Positions 49,233-62,200 are shown, counted from the first letter of the stretch. The stretch: 64,000 nt of DNA from Hydrolagus affinis (GCA_012026655.1 JAAILG010001635.1:1-64000), one strand, 5' to 3'. The notes: generated by a model not told the origin, from the sequence alone. A program made the numbers and translations.

Positions 49233-51514
49233 TCGTTTTCCCGCTGTATCCCATTCAATCTGGTTCATGTTGTCATTTCTGGATTCAAATGAGACCAAAA
49301 GAAATGAGTGAAGGACCAGAGTAAGCAATCATCATTTCTTGCTATTTCAGTGAGTGAGTAGAGTATTAAACATATGGATCAGGCTTCCTAGAGAGCAGAA
49401 AGTGTTGATTCTTTTGAGAACAAATTTATTTTCTAATTTATTATTTCTTACAGCTAGAAAATCATATCTTGGGATACAGTATATAGTTTAGGACATGTCA
49501 CATCGACTGGTGGATCGTTTTTCCAGGGAGTAATAATTCCTTTGATAAAATAAGAATAATTTGGTCACTCAAACAACCGTGCCAGGATGGTGGAAGACCA
49601 ACTGGATGGACCTTGGTCTTTCTTCGCCTTGCAAATTCTTATGTTCTTACGTTCTTATGAACTCCATCACAAATTGCATGCATATCTGATCTGTTGCTGT
49701 GCGTAATCACATTCTGAAGGAATTGAACTGAAGGAAGTATGCACCCAGAGCGTGTTTAGTTGTTTTCCTACAAATGAGTGAGAATTTCAGCTGCCGAAGC
49801 GTGGTCTCACTGCTGATTTGATCCAGATCCCTTTAAAGTCTGTCTGTTGTCGGTACATTTGTCACTTGTTTGGGTGCCTGGTATCATTAGATGGTCACTA
49901 TACAGTTCTGCTTTCATTGATATCTGTTGTTGCCAGTAATAAATTGCTCTGTAAAATAAGCAAACTTGCATTAATTCTGGCACCAACAAGAAAATCGTGA
50001 AAGACACCTTGATGGTTTATTTCCCATTTTCATTGTGACTGATAGCTGGCAAGATGTGGCAGCTATATCAGAACAGAAGCAATAAATAATGGCTTTGAAA
50101 TAAATAGTCTGTCCCCTGGGTATCATTTCACTCTCTTATCATTCTCAGTGCTACATGTGGCTGCATGCTTGTCAGATTGCTATTTTATCTATGCTGAGAT
50201 TAAAGCATGCTACTTAAAATAGCCCATACATCACTCCTCGCAGTCACAAGAGCACAACTACTTCTCACGTGTGCCTGCCTCACAGCAGCCACATTCTAAT
50301 AACGAGACAATTAGCTGTGTGATTGCTGGTTACTGACTCGTGAATGATTCACAATCTGTCAGCGCCTGTATTTTCCATCCATGTTACACGCAGTGTTTTT
50401 TTGAGATATTTGAACATATTGGGATTTTTTTTTACAAAAAACACAAAAGAGAGAGGATGGTGATTGCTGGAGTCGTGGCAAGATAACTGTGTCTCTCCTT
50501 CAGAGAACACTTTCAGACACAGTCAAGTTTGTAAGGTTGGGAATGTTACACGGATTCAACAACAAGCCTATGTTACATTTATCCTCCAAAGGGCTGGCTG
50601 TCTGTTCGCCTTGTCCCAAGCATCACAAAATACATAGTCAATTCACTTTCTAGTATGTTCTGTGAAGCTCTTTGAGACATCTCAGTGAAATGATAAGGCG
50701 GTATATCAACTGCAGGGATTTTAAGTGCAAAGATATTATAACCATACATTTTCAACTGCCTTCTTTTGTGGACCAATTATGCTTTCATTTCATTGTTACT
50801 GAAATGTAAAAGTCGTCTGATTTAGAAGGTTCAGAACAACAGTGCTCTGGTGTGTGAAATGCGGTTTACATAATGCAGTTTTGCATGAGTGCTGCTCGGA
50901 AGGCAAGTGCGAAAAGCATTGGGAAGATCTGTCTTCACGGTATATAAAAAATATTGCTTCTCATTGGGATAAAGTAGTCTTAGCTCCGACTCCTGAATGG
51001 AATTAAAGTCGATTTCATTAAATGGAAATGACGTACATTTGAATATGTAATTCTGCTGAATATACGTCCAATAGTAATCAACAACAACTTATATTTATAT
51101 AACGTCCTTCACACAGAGTAGTGTCCCACAGCTTCTACATTCCAGAGTTTCATTCTCAAGCGTCAATAATGCAATGTTAAATTGAGGGTTGGTGACTTCT
51201 GCTTGTAAGCATTGCCATATAACTACTGTACTCATCCCTACTTGATGTTTCTGTAGCTGAATAAGTAAAATGCGGGGATGCCAAGCCTAATTTAACGAAT
51301 GACTGTGTCCAAGTTGTGTGCCAATATTGGAGAGTCAAATATCATAAATATTTATGTAGAGTATTTGACATTGTGTCCAAATGAATGTTTACAGGGAACA
51401 TAAATCTCTCTCTTAGGGACTATCAACATTGTGTACGTTCCAATTCCAGAAGAAACACTGGCACCCAGAAAATTTACTTATGCATTTTTGCTTGTGGTTG
51501 CATACAATTGGGCA

Positions 51515-51740
51515 AATTAGCAGGCGGTTTGCTTTCCGGGGGGAATAATCCCTCCTCCCAAAATAATAATTTAGTCGATCAACCCATAACTATTTGTAGG
51601 ACACTTCTGTGTGCAACTGGCTGCCGTGTTTCACCCAATACATAATCAATGAATTTTATAGTATAGTCTATGAAGAGTTTTGAGACATCTTAACAACCTA
51701 ATAAGGCATTACATCAAAGGGCAAGCGTTATTATATTATT
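51515..51740 (+). mobile_element. SINE 3' two-thirds
   Basis: gctttccgggggg-aataatccc...gtgcaactggctgccgtgtttcaccc...catcaaagggcaagcgttatta. Confidence 0.75.
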
Positions 51741-52843
51741 ATCATTGTGAGTCTGTTTTGCTCCTTTGCATTTTGGCTAGTGTCGGAAAGAGTAATTGGC
51801 TGTTTCACATGTATACCAAATTAAACTTCAAAACAGAAGTTACATTTGGAGAGTATTTCAAACCTTGTAAATTGGACACCATCGATTGTAAAAATAGCTT
51901 CAAATACAAATCAGGTCACCCAACAAGACTCCCATCACTGGTGTCTTTTCGACGAGTCATTAAACGAGTCATTAAAAGTTGTTACTGCGTGTTCTCAAGT
52001 GGCCGTGAAACTATTTGGGGGAGAAAAGTAGAGAAAAAGTTTCCAACTGGCATCGTGGCCAACAATCCGCTAGATAAATTGATCTTTCACCTCCTGGCTG
52101 TTTGTGGAGCCAATCTCTGTGCGAGTCGTCGGTTATGTTTTGCACGCAAAAAAAATAGCCATTACATTTAACTACTTCTCTGCGAAGCACTTTGAGACGT
52201 TTTGGTATCATAAGAGCACCATAAAAAGGCAATTTTCTTTTCTTGTTCAATTCATTTTGTCCCACGTTTCTGTGTGTTTCCTTTAATCTGAGGTTGAATC
52301 ATGATACAGTAAAAGGGGAGAAATTCCTTCTCTCCATTACTCTATAAATGTAATTTTGTCGTTGTTGTACTTCTGATCTGTCAGAGCAGATGCTACTACT
52401 ACGGTATCACATTGTGTGGCTGGCTGCAGAGCTCGTTTGTGGTTTATACAGTTGAGATAAATGTCGCTATTGTCAAAGCCACTTACAAATAGTGATATAA
52501 TAAAATTGTGCTGTTTTTGTTTTTGGTTCCCTGTTGAAATACCCTTTATTATTCTGTGAAGCTGCCAGAGTTGACTCTCTTGAGCAATGCTTTCAACTGA
52601 AATGGTAGCACGATAATACTTTCCAACTTCCAAGAGATTTTTTGCCTGAAACCTGACAAGAGCCTCCATTTACTCCTTCTCACGTGATTAGTAATTTGTG
52701 CAACAGCAAATTGCTATGAAAATTAGCGGGATGTCAAACCGGAAATTCATTCTACTCGGTTTGAAATCCTGCTTCGGAAGGCCTAGAGTGTATGGCTTTG
52801 CAGTCTGCATCCTGGAGAGGCTTTCCTAAGACCCTAGTCACAG

Positions 52844-53153
52844 ATTTAAAACATTTTCCGTCATCTTAAGAGTTTCTAAATTAGAAAGGTTGAGGCTTCC
52901 ACATATATAGCCACCTACACGTGGATATATATTTGTCTGGAATGGAATGCACACTCTCTCTTTGGAGGGACGAACGCTGTTTACCTAATTCCGGAGAGTA
53001 TTAGTACTCCCTGGAATTAGGTAAGCAGGGTTCAAACCTCCAGGGGGAGAGTGCGCATTCCATTCCAAGGTTATTGCCATGTGTAGGTGGCTATACATGC
53101 AGAACTCTCAGACTGGTTTAGATATTCTTGAGCGGACAAGAAACGTTTGAAAT
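52844..53153. repeat. ~310-bp imperfect palindrome centred on TTAG (53001-53004)
   Basis: Paired arms: ttacctaattccggagagta / tactccctggaattaggtaa; tggaatggaatgcacactctc / gagagtgcgcattccattcca; tatagccacctacac / gtgtaggtggctata; atttaaaacattt / aaacgtttgaaat. Confidence 0.9.
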
Positions 53154-53522
53154 GCATAATGCAGGTTAGATACAGGTTGGCAAGAGGACCCTAGAGTGTG
53201 CTTCTGGGGAAAATCCTAGATCCAGCATAAGCATCCATCAATTCTGCGCTGCTGTTTTTCTCTGTGTGTCTGTTGCACTCATTAACAGCACTACTATTAA
53301 TTTCTTTTATCGCTGTGTTGTATTTCATTCCTTGATTTGTATGGTTTCCCAACATTGGCCAACAAATACACAGTTGCTCCATTTAACAGTAGATCCTGTG
53401 AAACACTTCAAAATATCCTTCAGATGTAATAAAGCAACCTACCAAATGCTGTTTGTTATTCCTTACCTCAAGCTGTAAATCTCTGTTGCCCAAATAGAGA
53501 ATATAAATAATGTGGCCAAGTA

Positions 53523-54161
53523 CAGTAAAAGCCTGTTTATCCGGCACCCGTGGGACCTGGCCATTGCCGGTTAAAGCGTCTGCCGGATATTCGGGCCGAA
53601 AACCCGCCACAAAAAAATTAAAGTTCTTTTAACACACAACCATACACACCAGACTAAGTAATAACAAATAATAACAAGAAGATTGCATTGGTACTTATTG
53701 TTAAAACTACTCTCTTGCGCTTCTCACCTTTACTGATTGAGGTTTACAGTCCAGCGATTATTTTTTAAATGGAGGATGCCGTGCGGCAGCGCGATTTTAA
53801 AGTCGTGCGACTTTACTAGCGGCAAACCGAAATACTGCACCTGCGCAACAATGCGGGTTATCAGCTAGGGATATCGGCTTGCCGATAATATGGCTTTAAA
53901 GTCGCGCTCTGTTTTTTTCACCCGCTTGGCGTCCTCCATTTTAAAAAGAATCGCTGGACTATAAACCTCAACCGCAGCATCATGGCTTCAAGCGCAGCAT
54001 CTACCAGCAAAGGTGAGAAGCGCAAGAGAGTAGTTTTAACAATAAATACCAATACAATATTCTGTTATTATGTTATTATTTATGCATTTACAAATGCTCC
54101 ACTGCTATTGTTCCGGATAAGTTCTGGTTTATCGAATGGGGACTTTTTTGGGCTTCTACTG
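53523..54161 (+). mobile_element. Tigger/pogo-type non-autonomous DNA transposon (MITE) with internal fold-back
   Basis: TA|CAGTAAAAGCC...GGGCTTCTACTG|TA: terminal inverted repeats with TA target duplication (53521-22, 54162-63). ATG at 53982 gives MASSAASTSKGEKRKRVVLTI, similar to the Jerky/TIGD/Tigger transposase N-terminus (GEKRKRVVLT). Confidence 0.85.
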
Positions 54162-54929
54162 TATATTTTTTTAAAACTGGCTCCGTTTGAAATTGGACCA
54201 CATTTAATTGTCAGTATTGTTGTGGCACCTTAATGTTCCATAATCTTCTGATGCACAGCACACAGCTGCTGAATGCACAGCCTGGCTGCTTGAGTTCAGA
54301 CAGAATGCAAGTGAACTGTTCATAATGAAATTTCACTCAGGGTTCAGAAATGTGCACTCTACTGTAGGTGTTATGTTCCCAGAACTGTTCATCCTCTCAG
54401 AGCCTGATTAATAATAATAATCTTTGCATTTGATATAGCGTCTTATTTGTGGTTTTGAGGTGTATCAAAGTGCTTCACAGAATCTAGTGTAAAGTGTAGT
54501 GTCTGTATATTTTGTGACTGAAGCTCTTTGAGATGTCTTGGAGACATATATCAAATACAGATACATGAAAACATAAATGCTAGATATAAAAAGACCAAGG
54601 TGCATCTAGTTCGCCTTCAACCTTCCTTGCGGTGGCTTGCACACATGTCCCGAGCTACCTATGCACTATATCGCAGAACGCTATTTCCTAAAAGAAGACT
54701 ATTAAATCTGTATTTGGAAGCTTCCTGCTTGAAATGTTAGTATTGTTTCCTTCCTATGTATCTCACAGAGCAAAATGGTGGCAGGCAAAATGAACGGGCT
54801 GAATTGTGCTGCAAAGAGGTAGCCATGCACTTAATGGTTCAGATGATATTATAAACCATGAGCAGGGTATTGGAATTATTTATTAATGTATCAGTTTTGT
54901 TGAACACCATTAATCTTTCTCACGAGTAC

Positions 54930-55372
54930 AACCTGGAGGCCTTTGGCAGCCCACCTCCCCTGCGCCTATAACAGATGTGCTTCTCGATGTGCCTCCAGGC
55001 CTTCAATTATAGACTGCTCAGCTGTGAGAAGTTGATTGAGTTGGCTGCTTCTCCCGCTCCCTTTCTTGCTCGCCAACAAAATAAGGCAAAGGAAGGCTAC
55101 CAGGAGACAATGCTATCTCGACTGGCTCCGGTCTTGTGCATGTCCCCAGTGCCCTCTGTTCCACCATCGTCGGTCGCTTTCAACCACTCCGCCCCCAAAC
55201 TCTAAACAAAACTCTTTGTCTATCCCTCCGCCTTGCCCTTTCCTTCCCCATCTTCAGTTCGCGCCTGCAGATCTTCCAATTCGTTCTTGCCCACGGTCAC
55301 CTCCCGTGCGTTGTGCCACTGACAAACGCTTTGGGACGCTGCCTTGTGCAAGTTGTATAAATGCAAGTTGTC
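54930..55372 (+). mobile_element. L2 3' fragment, interrupted and degraded
   Basis: actggctccggtcttgtgcatgtcccc...ccaccatcgtcggtcgctttcaaccactccgccccc and a tail ending gttgtataaatgcaagttgt. Confidence 0.65.
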
Positions 55373-56369
55373 AAATTTTACTACAGTTGATGGGGGTCCT
55401 AGTAAAATTTAACTATTGGTACTTTGTTTCCCGGTTTACAAGTGTAAGACTAACATTTGGTTTGGAACAGTCCACAGTGCTATTGAAATCAGAAGCTCAC
55501 TTGTGTGGGAATCCCCTGGTTTAGATCCATATTCCATCCCTGCAAAGAATCCGGTACCCACGAGCAGTCCTTCCTGTTATTTTTTTTGTTTGGGATGCAA
55601 ACTTGTTGGTTAGCTTGTAAATAAAAGCTTATGAATGTCTCAGATGCAAACAGAAGCCATCTTTAGTCATTCTCTAATTACTGTATAACTGGTCAGAGGA
55701 AGTTTTTGTCTGATTAATCTCCCACTTTTCCCCCGAATTGCAGCAAAAGCGCAGTGTAGTAACGATCGATACGTCCCTGGAGGCACAGCTATGAGATGGA
55801 GAATGTGCTGAGACACTACACAGCGTCTGAATTTGATAAACGTGCACAGGCTTTAACCGATTCTTCACAGGCATAGGTAACTCAGCCACATAAAACCTTC
55901 ACTAGAGTGAGCTACAATGCCAGCGACTTTAATTCAACAGACCTAAAGCAAACACCCAGTAAATACAGCCTCGTTATCCTCAAACGTATACATCACTGAA
56001 CAAAGAATATGAAGTACAGAGATTTACAGCTGTAATAATGTGCGTTTCTACCCGCTTGGAAGCTTTTTCTGCAAATGGCAATTTATTAATAAATTGAAAC
56101 ATTAGTATAACGTACAGCTATGTAGGATACAATATTGGATTCCACCCATCAAGTCTAAAAGAAATCCCAATGGGATTTTTAAATTACCGTAGGATTTTCG
56201 AGTGCAGATTGTGTTAAGGAAAATGATTAAATGGCGAAGGTTTTATTCTATTAAATTGCTTGATCATTTATACTATTAAATCTCTGGAAGGTTCCCCTGT
56301 GTGAGGGAGCACTATACAGTATCAGTGCAAATTGTTGTTGTAATTGATCACTCGTTTTGCTCACTGTAG

Positions 56370-56535
56370 ATTTCAATACACGACTGTTTGTGGGACACCG
56401 ATGTGCGCAATTGGCTGCCGTGTTTTGCCCACAAATATACAGTCAGTTCACTTAACAGTATATTCTGTGAAGCGCTTTGAGACGTCTAGAAGACGTGAAA
56501 AGCGCTATATCAAATGCAAGGATTATTATTATTAT
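56370..56535 (+). mobile_element. SINE 3' half
   Basis: gtttgtgggacaccgatgtgcgcaattggctgccgtg...gagacgtctagaagacgtgaaaagcgctatatcaaatgcaaggattattattatta. Confidence 0.9.
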
Positions 56536-57369
56536 AAATTGGCTGCTGCCTTCACCTACGAATAGTCGTTACCCTTCATAGTTAAACGTTTTGGGTCTTT
56601 GGTTTGCAGGGTTGAAGCCTTTTCTACGGTTACAATCATTTGCCTAATCCATGTGAAGCAATGAGATGTGTGCTGAAGTAAAGTGAATGTGAACAAGCTA
56701 TATTATCCTTTTACCCACTTATTTTATTCATGCTTCACTAGTGTGATTGGCATTGCAAACTGTATCTTACCTTGCCTTTTGCTGTCTGAATATTTTCCTC
56801 CCCAATGAATTAGGCTTTTCATATCTTTGTGCGCAATTTAGCTACTTGTGAGCTTGATGAATTGCTAATTTAAAGGAAATTCAGCTTCACGAATGTAAGC
56901 ATGACTATTCTGCATAATGGCTGCTCTGAAAAATCAGGGCTGCCATCAATCAGCAGCGGGTTGCTTTGTTAGACTGAAATCAGATCAAACATCTTCAGAA
57001 GCTTTTATGATTTTCAGTTAAATACCTTCAATTGGGAATCCCAGTGACCTGGAAGCTTGATGCTGTTCTTGGCTCCAATCCCAAAAAAAGATCTACCCTA
57101 ACAATCGCAGTAATATGATTAGACCATTTGATCTGAAGAAAGCTTGATGTGAATCAGAGCTGAAGATATTTGGAGGGTAGAAGTGGTGGTCGACACAAAA
57201 CAGTCTGCTGAGGGCAATGTCCTCAGACACAAGGGGCTGTTAATCCTAGAGATGAGACGTGGAACAGGTATCTCTCCTGCCTTTTGTGGTTAGCATTAAA
57301 CCTTAAAGATCCCGCAAGACTATTCGAAAACAGAAGGAGTTTAGATTCCTGGAGACCAGGCTTCTACGC

Positions 57370-57608
57370 CCTGGTTCATTGTCACATCCAAAGGAACAGC
57401 ATCTCCAACAAGGCAGTAGTCCCTTAGCACCTCCACTGGAGATTCAGCCTAGATTCAACTCAAGTCCAGCACCTTCCCCCCCCACCCCCCCTCCCGTCCC
57501 CCGTCCCCCCCAATGTGAAAGGCGCTATACAAATGTAATTTTGTTGTTGTTGAAGCTTGAACCCACGACTGGAACCTAAGCAAAAGGGCAACCAACTGAG
57601 CCAAGTTA
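57370..57608 (-). mobile_element. older Deu-domain SINE with a nested + strand L2 tail (~57467-57552)
   Basis: gtcacatccaaaggaacagcatctcc...cactggagattcagcctagatt..ctcaagtcc [..aatgtgaaaggcgctatacaaatgtaattttgttgttgttg] aagcttgaacccacgac...caactgagccaag. Confidence 0.65.
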
Positions 57609-58944
57609 ACCCAGCGATGCCGGTATATTCGACTGGTCTTCTGCATGGATTGTGCAATATATACGTTTGTCTGCCTTAATATTTGGAAGAAAGTAAGCAT
57701 GTTTAAGTGTTTGGCACCCATCAAAGTGTAGACCGTTGTACAAGTATTGTGGTAAATTTAATGCTTCTGAATCACTAACTCTTCCCTCTTTGTCTAATCA
57801 TAATTTTAATAAGTAAATGTTTCACCAGTGCAAATAAACTTGAAAATCCCATCTCTCAGCGAGAATGTCTCTCATCTTAACTAACACGTAACAAAGTCCT
57901 AGTCGTTTTCAAAATAAAATTGAGGGAAGAGAAACAGTTTCAGTGGGATTGCCGGAGGAGTATTAGCCTGGAATTCAGCTTGATTAATGTCGCACATTTA
58001 GGAGTGAATGATGAAGAAGAGGACGGGAAGGCAAGATAGCAAAGCGGGAAAGAAGGAAGATCCAATCAGATTTATGAAGATAATATCGACCTGCAGTTGA
58101 CGGTCATGCCAATGAATCTGACCGTTTGAGCATCAGTGTCGCCTAATAATGGGCTTGAGATTTTGGAACAGAGTCTATACTGAAATGATTTACAGACACA
58201 GGGATAAACTGAAAGAGGCCGATGAACTTTCTAAACTGACACAAAAATACTCGGTTCCATTTTCCCACGGTTTCTTTCAGGGACTGCTTCCCACTTATGT
58301 ACAAATAAAATACTAATTATTTTTTAAACATAAATTCGCAGCCAAACATGTGTGGTTGCAATAGTTTTAATGTTTTTTTCTAAAAAAAATCTTAAATGTA
58401 AAGTTTTATGGTGTTTTATCTATACAATTACCGAGATTATTTCAGATAATGAGAGTCTGAAACGATGACGTGAAAGGTGCCATACAATTTGGGTGTTTTG
58501 TTGTTTTAAAAAGAATTCAGGAGGACTTTTAATTTCAAGAAATTCCGGCATTTTACACCATCCATCGACACTCTCTTTCATCCAAATGTGATGTTGTTGT
58601 TGGGTTATACAACCGAGAAATAGGTTTTTGTTCATTGCAAATTTCTACTGTGGAGAACAGCTGTGAGATCTCATCTGTTTTGTGCTAGGCTTTTAGTGCT
58701 CTGGGGATTGTGGTTTGGTCTTGGGGCTTCCTTGCCTGCTCTTCCTTGTTCTAGAATCTTCTGCTTAAACCCGTGTTGTCTTTATTCTTTCAAGCGTACT
58801 GGTTTTGTAGTCTCCTGGGCTTTCTGGATTTGACCACAGTGCAGGTGCCTGAAAAGATAATTCCCATGAGATTGGTCTCCAAACATAAACATTCAAATGC
58901 AGTTCATCTGGAATAATGTGCCTGGACAAGCCTTTATCCTTTAT

Positions 58945-59080
58945 TTGTTGGCTGCCGTATTTTCGCTCACATATATGCAGTCAATTCACTTTATGGCACA
59001 TTCTACGGAGCGCTTTGAGAAGTCTAGCAGACGTGAAAAGTGCTACATCGAATGCAAGGATTATTATTAATATTATTATG
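58945..59080 (+). mobile_element. SINE 3' half
   Basis: ttggctgccgtattttcgc...cagtcaattcacttta...gacgtgaaaagtgctacatcgaatgcaaggattattatta. Confidence 0.8.
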
Positions 59081-59879
59081 ATTTATCCAGCCGTTTTCTG
59101 GGAATAATAATAATAACCCTTGCATTTCATATAGGTCCTCTAACGCCCTGGAACCGACTGACCCAACAAGTAAGAAAAAAATTGGGCCAATTAGTACTTT
59201 TCCATCTCAAATTAAATCAGTGAATCAGCAGTGGGAGCATCAAAGTTTCCAAATTTGTTTCTTAATCCAAATTTATCCGACAAGGATGCATTTGGATGTT
59301 GCCAAGTTCTAAGTTTCCATAATATGGAGATTTAGCGGCTCTAAAACCCAGAGCTACAGCAGAGAAAGAAAGATTGAGTGGAAATAGCCCAAAGCCAGCC
59401 TGTGAGATAGAAAGAATAGTAAGCGAGTTTGAATTGGAATTTCAAATTCCTCCCACGCCAAACCTTAATCCTGTTTGAAATGTACGTCTTAGTTTTGAAG
59501 CTTTAAAGGGTTAAAGAAATGGGCTTGCTGAAGATTGTATTGTAATTTCTATCCTAGTATCTTTCCAGTGTGTTTCATAAAGCAGGATTAAAGGATCTTT
59601 AATCTTAAAGCCAGAGTATAGTATTTTCAAAAAGAATGGTGAGACTGATTTTGGGGGACTGTAGTTTGATGCAGTTATAGGGGTGAGGGGGTGGGGTGGT
59701 GGGGGTGTTTGGAGATTGCAGGAAAAAAAAGGATACATTGAAATTCAAGTGTTATTATGGTTAATGGTGGTTTCATTGGTATTATTTCATTGGTACAGTT
59801 CTGGTGACTCTGTAATGCTACATGAGCATGACTGCGATTTTCCGAACAAAGGCCATAAATTCAGACCATTAGGTAAAAA

Positions 59880-60190
59880 CAACTAACAACAAGAAATTAC
59901 ATTTACACAGCACGTTTCACGTCAGGAAGAAATCCAACTGGACAGTCAGGGATTTGAACCCGAGCTGGGCTAGGGATCAGTTAGGGGTGGAGGGCAAGAA
60001 GGGTAGGGAAGGAGGGAAACTGAAGACTGTCGAGGAGGAGGGTCTTGAGTCCTGCTGTGAAGTAAGCGAGGGAGTAACGTGAACGGACTGTGGGATGGAG
60101 TTCCAAAGGGTAGGGACAGAGAGGCTGAAGGCCTGACCGCCAATGGTGGGGGAGCTTGGAGCTTGCTGAGTGGAGGAAACAGGGAGGTCG
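59880..60190 (-). mobile_element. L2 3' fragment
   Basis: aacaacaagaaattacatttacacagcacgtttcacgtcagga...gaggagggtcttgagtcctgctgtgaag...gggatggagttccaaagg. Confidence 0.75.
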
Positions 60191-61949
60191 ATATAAGATC
60201 AGCAGGTAACAGTCAAACACCATTAAAAAAAAATAGAATCTTAAGAAATTAAATTATCTCTGCGAGCTCCAACCGGGGTGAATATTACCAATGGAGCAAA
60301 CTAATCCCATTCCGTGCGTGTCTCCTTTTCAATTTTTTCTCTTCAAATCCTTATCCAATATTCCTTTTAAATGTTGTGTCGCAAGGCTTCTTGTGGCACA
60401 GCATTCCACGTTCCAATAATCCTCCGTGTAACACTACCTTCTAAGCTCCCCGTAACTCTTCCACTAACCGTCTTAATGTAGCAAGTCAGCTCAATACATT
60501 TCCACCTTTTACTTTTAAGTCAGTGAAAGTAATTGGCAATTGAATCAGCGTTGAGTGTCTGATGTCTGTAGCAGTGACTATTATTCTGCTTGCAACTGTC
60601 TATTCGAAATAACCTTTAGTTTATCTCTTTCTTTCAATGAGAAGTCGGTGAGCACTAAATAAATATTTTTAAAAGCATTTGTTTAGCCTTTGGGATAGAA
60701 GTGCTTTGAATTTTATTAATTCAGTTCCTGCAAATATTTTATTTCAAATTGCAATAATTCGGCAGGCAATCTGCAAAGTATTCTATTGATTGATAATAAA
60801 AATTCCAACTTGTGGCCCCCGTCGATCCAATCATCTTCTTTTTCTTTTAATTATAGCTGGCTAACACTAGAGGCTTTGTTCTGTAATGAGGTACTTTACC
60901 TAGCAGAATGCAATGAATATTTCATTTCTTTCCCCTCCCACCTCTCTCCCTCTCTCTCTCTCTCTCTCTGGAATAAAGGTGTAAACATTCTTGAAGATGG
61001 AATGTCATTATCTAAGGAGTTTTTCAGGAATACAAACACATTGAAGAAATCAGAACATTTCAGTACAAAGAAAGGCTATTTAGCTCTTTTAACTCCCCGG
61101 GATGCTACCTTGCTTTCTGAGGAGCGCTACAGAATTGCAAGTTGTTGTTTGTGTCTTTGGCACTTCCCCCTGCATGACTGAATCACCCTTTCGTTACGAA
61201 TCCCACTTCATTGCTTCCACATCCCTTAATATATTTCTGCCTAAATATTTATCCAGTGCCTTTTTAAAACGCCTCGATATTCAAAGGGTTATCATTCTCA
61301 GCCTTTTTAAAGCTCTCAAGTGAAAGTAAAGCACAGAGAGGAAAACGAGGATAATAATCCTTGCATTTGTTATAGAACATTATTGCATCATTGAGACGTC
61401 TTCAAGCGTTTCACAGAATATACTGTAAACTGTGTCCCGCAAAATTCTGCGAGCCAAAAAAAGTCCTCGTGTAGAAAATTCCACATTTTTATTCGCAGTA
61501 AACAAATTTTTATCCATTGTAAAAAAATTTAAATAAAAAATAATTAAGGATTCCATTTATTTCTCTGGTATGAAACAAATTCTCCTTAAACCTGAGCGCA
61601 GAGCACTTTGAATCAGATTGCTTTCCTACTAGACTTTTTTCCACTTCTCACTTTTCAATTGCATATTTTGCTCCTTTGACCCTTCTACCAGATAAGTAAA
61701 TCTTATATCTAGACTTGAACAAAATCCCATGGCATCAGGGGAGATTTAGTTTATGTTCTAAATGTGTCCGACGTGTATTGTGTGATTAGTTGGCTATGTA
61801 GTTTAATGGGAAAGCAAGTGAGAAGTTCTAATGGTGATCTGAACCACCGCCAACAAACCTACAGCCATTCATAAGTTTATCAGAATCTGGGGACTTCATC
61901 ACAGGCTGAAAAACTAACCTCTAACTTCTATATGGCCTGCCGTTCACAG

Positions 61950-62200
61950 TTGTCCCTGTGGAATTCCATCCCCCAATCCCTCCGCCTTGTTTCCTCCCTT
62001 TCCTCTTTCAAGGCCGGTTTGAAGACTTTCCTCTTCGACCGTGCCTTTTGTTCCCCCCCCGAATTTTTCGACCTCCCCTACATGTTTCACCCCTTCCCGA
62101 ACACCCCTCTCCCAGCTCGGGTCACACGCCTCCTGTGCAGCGCCTTGGGACGTCCTCCCGACGTGAAAGGCGCTTTATAAGTTTAAGTTGTTGTTGTTGT
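61950..62200 (+). mobile_element. L2 3' end
   Basis: LWNSIPQSLRLVSSLSSFKAGLKTFLFDRAF, then cagcgccttgggacgtcctcccgacgtgaaaggcgctttataag(ttg)n. Confidence 0.9.

Noticed and set aside
51680-52171. 163-aa ORF; likewise 21729-22145 (138 aa) and 60786-61181 (131 aa)
   Set aside because: No recognisable domain or convincing splice signals; the 163-aa and 131-aa frames overlap repeat or microsatellite sequence. Consistent with chance open frames.
57920-58250. Purine-rich, coding-looking stretch (gatgaagaagaggacggg)
   Set aside because: The frame I translated stops within a few codons and the ORF track shows nothing here; I could not assign it to a transposase or pseudogene.
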